Shown here: positions 63,128 through 64,000 of the stretch, piece by piece
How positions within the stretch are numbered: the stretch's first letter is position 1
Layout: each line of letters opens with the position of its first letter
NCBI GenBank assembly: GCA_017621415.1
Contig: JAGATD010000033.1
Location: 83,311 to 147,310 of the forward strand
Length of the DNA: 64,000 bases
Reading direction: 5' to 3'
Source: Clostridia bacterium
GTDB lineage: Bacteria > Bacillota > Clostridia > Oscillospirales > CAG-272
The notes under the pieces: model-generated
Told to the model about the DNA's origin: nothing
Database searches by the model: none
Seen by the model: the letters and a program-made list of their open reading frames with translations, nothing else
Position numbers and translations under genes: made by a program

Positions 63128-64000
63128 ATGGCAGAAAGAATTTTAATGAAAGGCAACGAGGCTATTGCTGAAGCTGCGATAAGAGCAGGTTGCCGTCACT
63201 ATTTTGGTTATCCTATCACTCCCCAGACTGAGATTGCCGCTTATATGGCAAAGAAAATGCCTAAGATTGGCGGAGTATTTCTTCAGGCAGAGAGCGAAAT
63301 TGCATCTATAAACATGGTATATGGCGCAGCTGCGGCAGGTATGCGTGTTATGACATCATCCTCCAGCCCCGGAGTTTCACTTAAGGCTGAGGGTCTTAGC
63401 TACATAGCCGGCTCTGATGTTCCCGCGCTTGTTGTTAACGTACAGAGAGGCGGCCCCGGTCTCGGCGGTATTCAGCCCTCTCAGTCTGATTATTTCCAGG
63501 CTACAAAGGGCGGCGGACACGGTGATTACCGTATGATAGTTCTTGCTCCCGCATCGGTTCAGGAAATGGCAAGTCTTACTATCAAGGGCTTCGACCTTGC
63601 TGATAAATACTGCGTTACCTCTATGATCCTTGCCGACGGAACAATCGGTCAGATGATGGAGCCTATTACCTTTGAGGACACCGAGCCTAAGGTTTATGAC
63701 AAGCCCTGGGCGCTTACAGGTACTGAGGGAAAGCGTAAGCACAATGTTGTTAACTCACTTTACCTTAAGCCCGACGAGCTTGAAAAGAAGAATTTCGAGC
63801 GTTATGAAAAATACGCTGAGATAGAGAAGAACGAGGCTATGTGGGAGGAATATATGATGGACGATGCCGAATATTGCGTTGTAGCATTCGGTATTGCATC
63901 CCGTGTAGCGAAGAATGCGGTAGTAGCCGCAAGAGAAGAGGGAATTAAGGTAGGTCTTATCCGTCCTATCACCCTTTGGCCCTTCCCCACAGCTGCTTTT
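63128..64000 (+). CDS. vorB: 2-oxoacid:ferredoxin oxidoreductase alpha subunit, VorB-like (3' end outside the window)
   Basis: Not in the ORF track because there is no stop before the window end. My translation: MAERILMKGNEAIAEAAIRAGCRHYFGYPITPQTEI....FLQAESEIASINMVYGAAAAGMRVMTSSSSPG...VVNVQRGGPGLG. Confidence 0.8.
   Translation, partial: MAERILMKGNEAIAEAAIRAGCRHYFGYPITPQTEIAAYMAKKMPKIGGVFLQAESEIASINMVYGAAAAGMRVMTSSSSPGVSLKAEGLSYIAGSDVPALVVNVQRGGPGLGGIQPSQSDYFQATKGGGHGDYRMIVLAPASVQEMASLTIKGFDLADKYCVTSMILADGTIGQMMEPITFEDTEPKVYDKPWALTGTEGKRKHNVVNSLYLKPDELEKKNFERYEKYAEIEKNEAMWEEYMMDDAEYCVVAFGIASRVAKNAVVAAREEGIKVGLIRPITLWPFPTAAF

Overview
Clostridia-type chromosomal window; the taxon is inferred only from gene content and RBS/terminator style. 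Housekeeping blocks: (i) a + strand rimP-nusA-rnpM(ylxR)-ylxQ-infB operon; (ii) a complete - strand F1Fo ATP synthase operon (atpZ-like, atpI, atpB, E, F, H, A, G, D, C); (iii) an orphan addB, a KDPG-aldolase fusion and a CarD-like factor. Accessory or unusual content: (1) two copies of a cassette [secreted LamG-like jelly-roll protein] - [alpha/alpha-toroid-like protein] - [42-46 aa ORF absent from the ORF track] - [secreted jelly-roll protein], one next to a 1746-aa lipoprotein that fuses the toroid, three jelly-roll modules and a CE4 deacetylase-like domain; (2) a translationally coupled operon of MutS-like ATPase, CoaW, CBS protein and a 1784-aa tail-anchored coiled-coil/acidic protein with four internal repeats; (3) two back-to-back T-box leaders. 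One drives a catalytically degenerate LeuA-like protein plus a TIM-barrel::acyl-CoA-ligase fusion. The other drives tandem HTH-cupin::acyl-CoA-synthetase fusions followed by a P-loop ATPase and a VOR-type 2-oxoacid:ferredoxin oxidoreductase. This is a plausible amino-acid-sensing short-chain-acid reductive-carboxylation module. (4) A 1.4-kb two-gene insertion flanked by 55-bp direct repeats; (5) a 120-bp tandem triplication of the atpG 3' end interleaved with a REP/MITE-like double-hairpin element that recurs near 49.3 kb; (6) an ATGATATA motif/hairpin array. No rRNA, tRNA, CRISPR or transposase genes were recognised. Many listed ORFs are antisense shadows of real genes.
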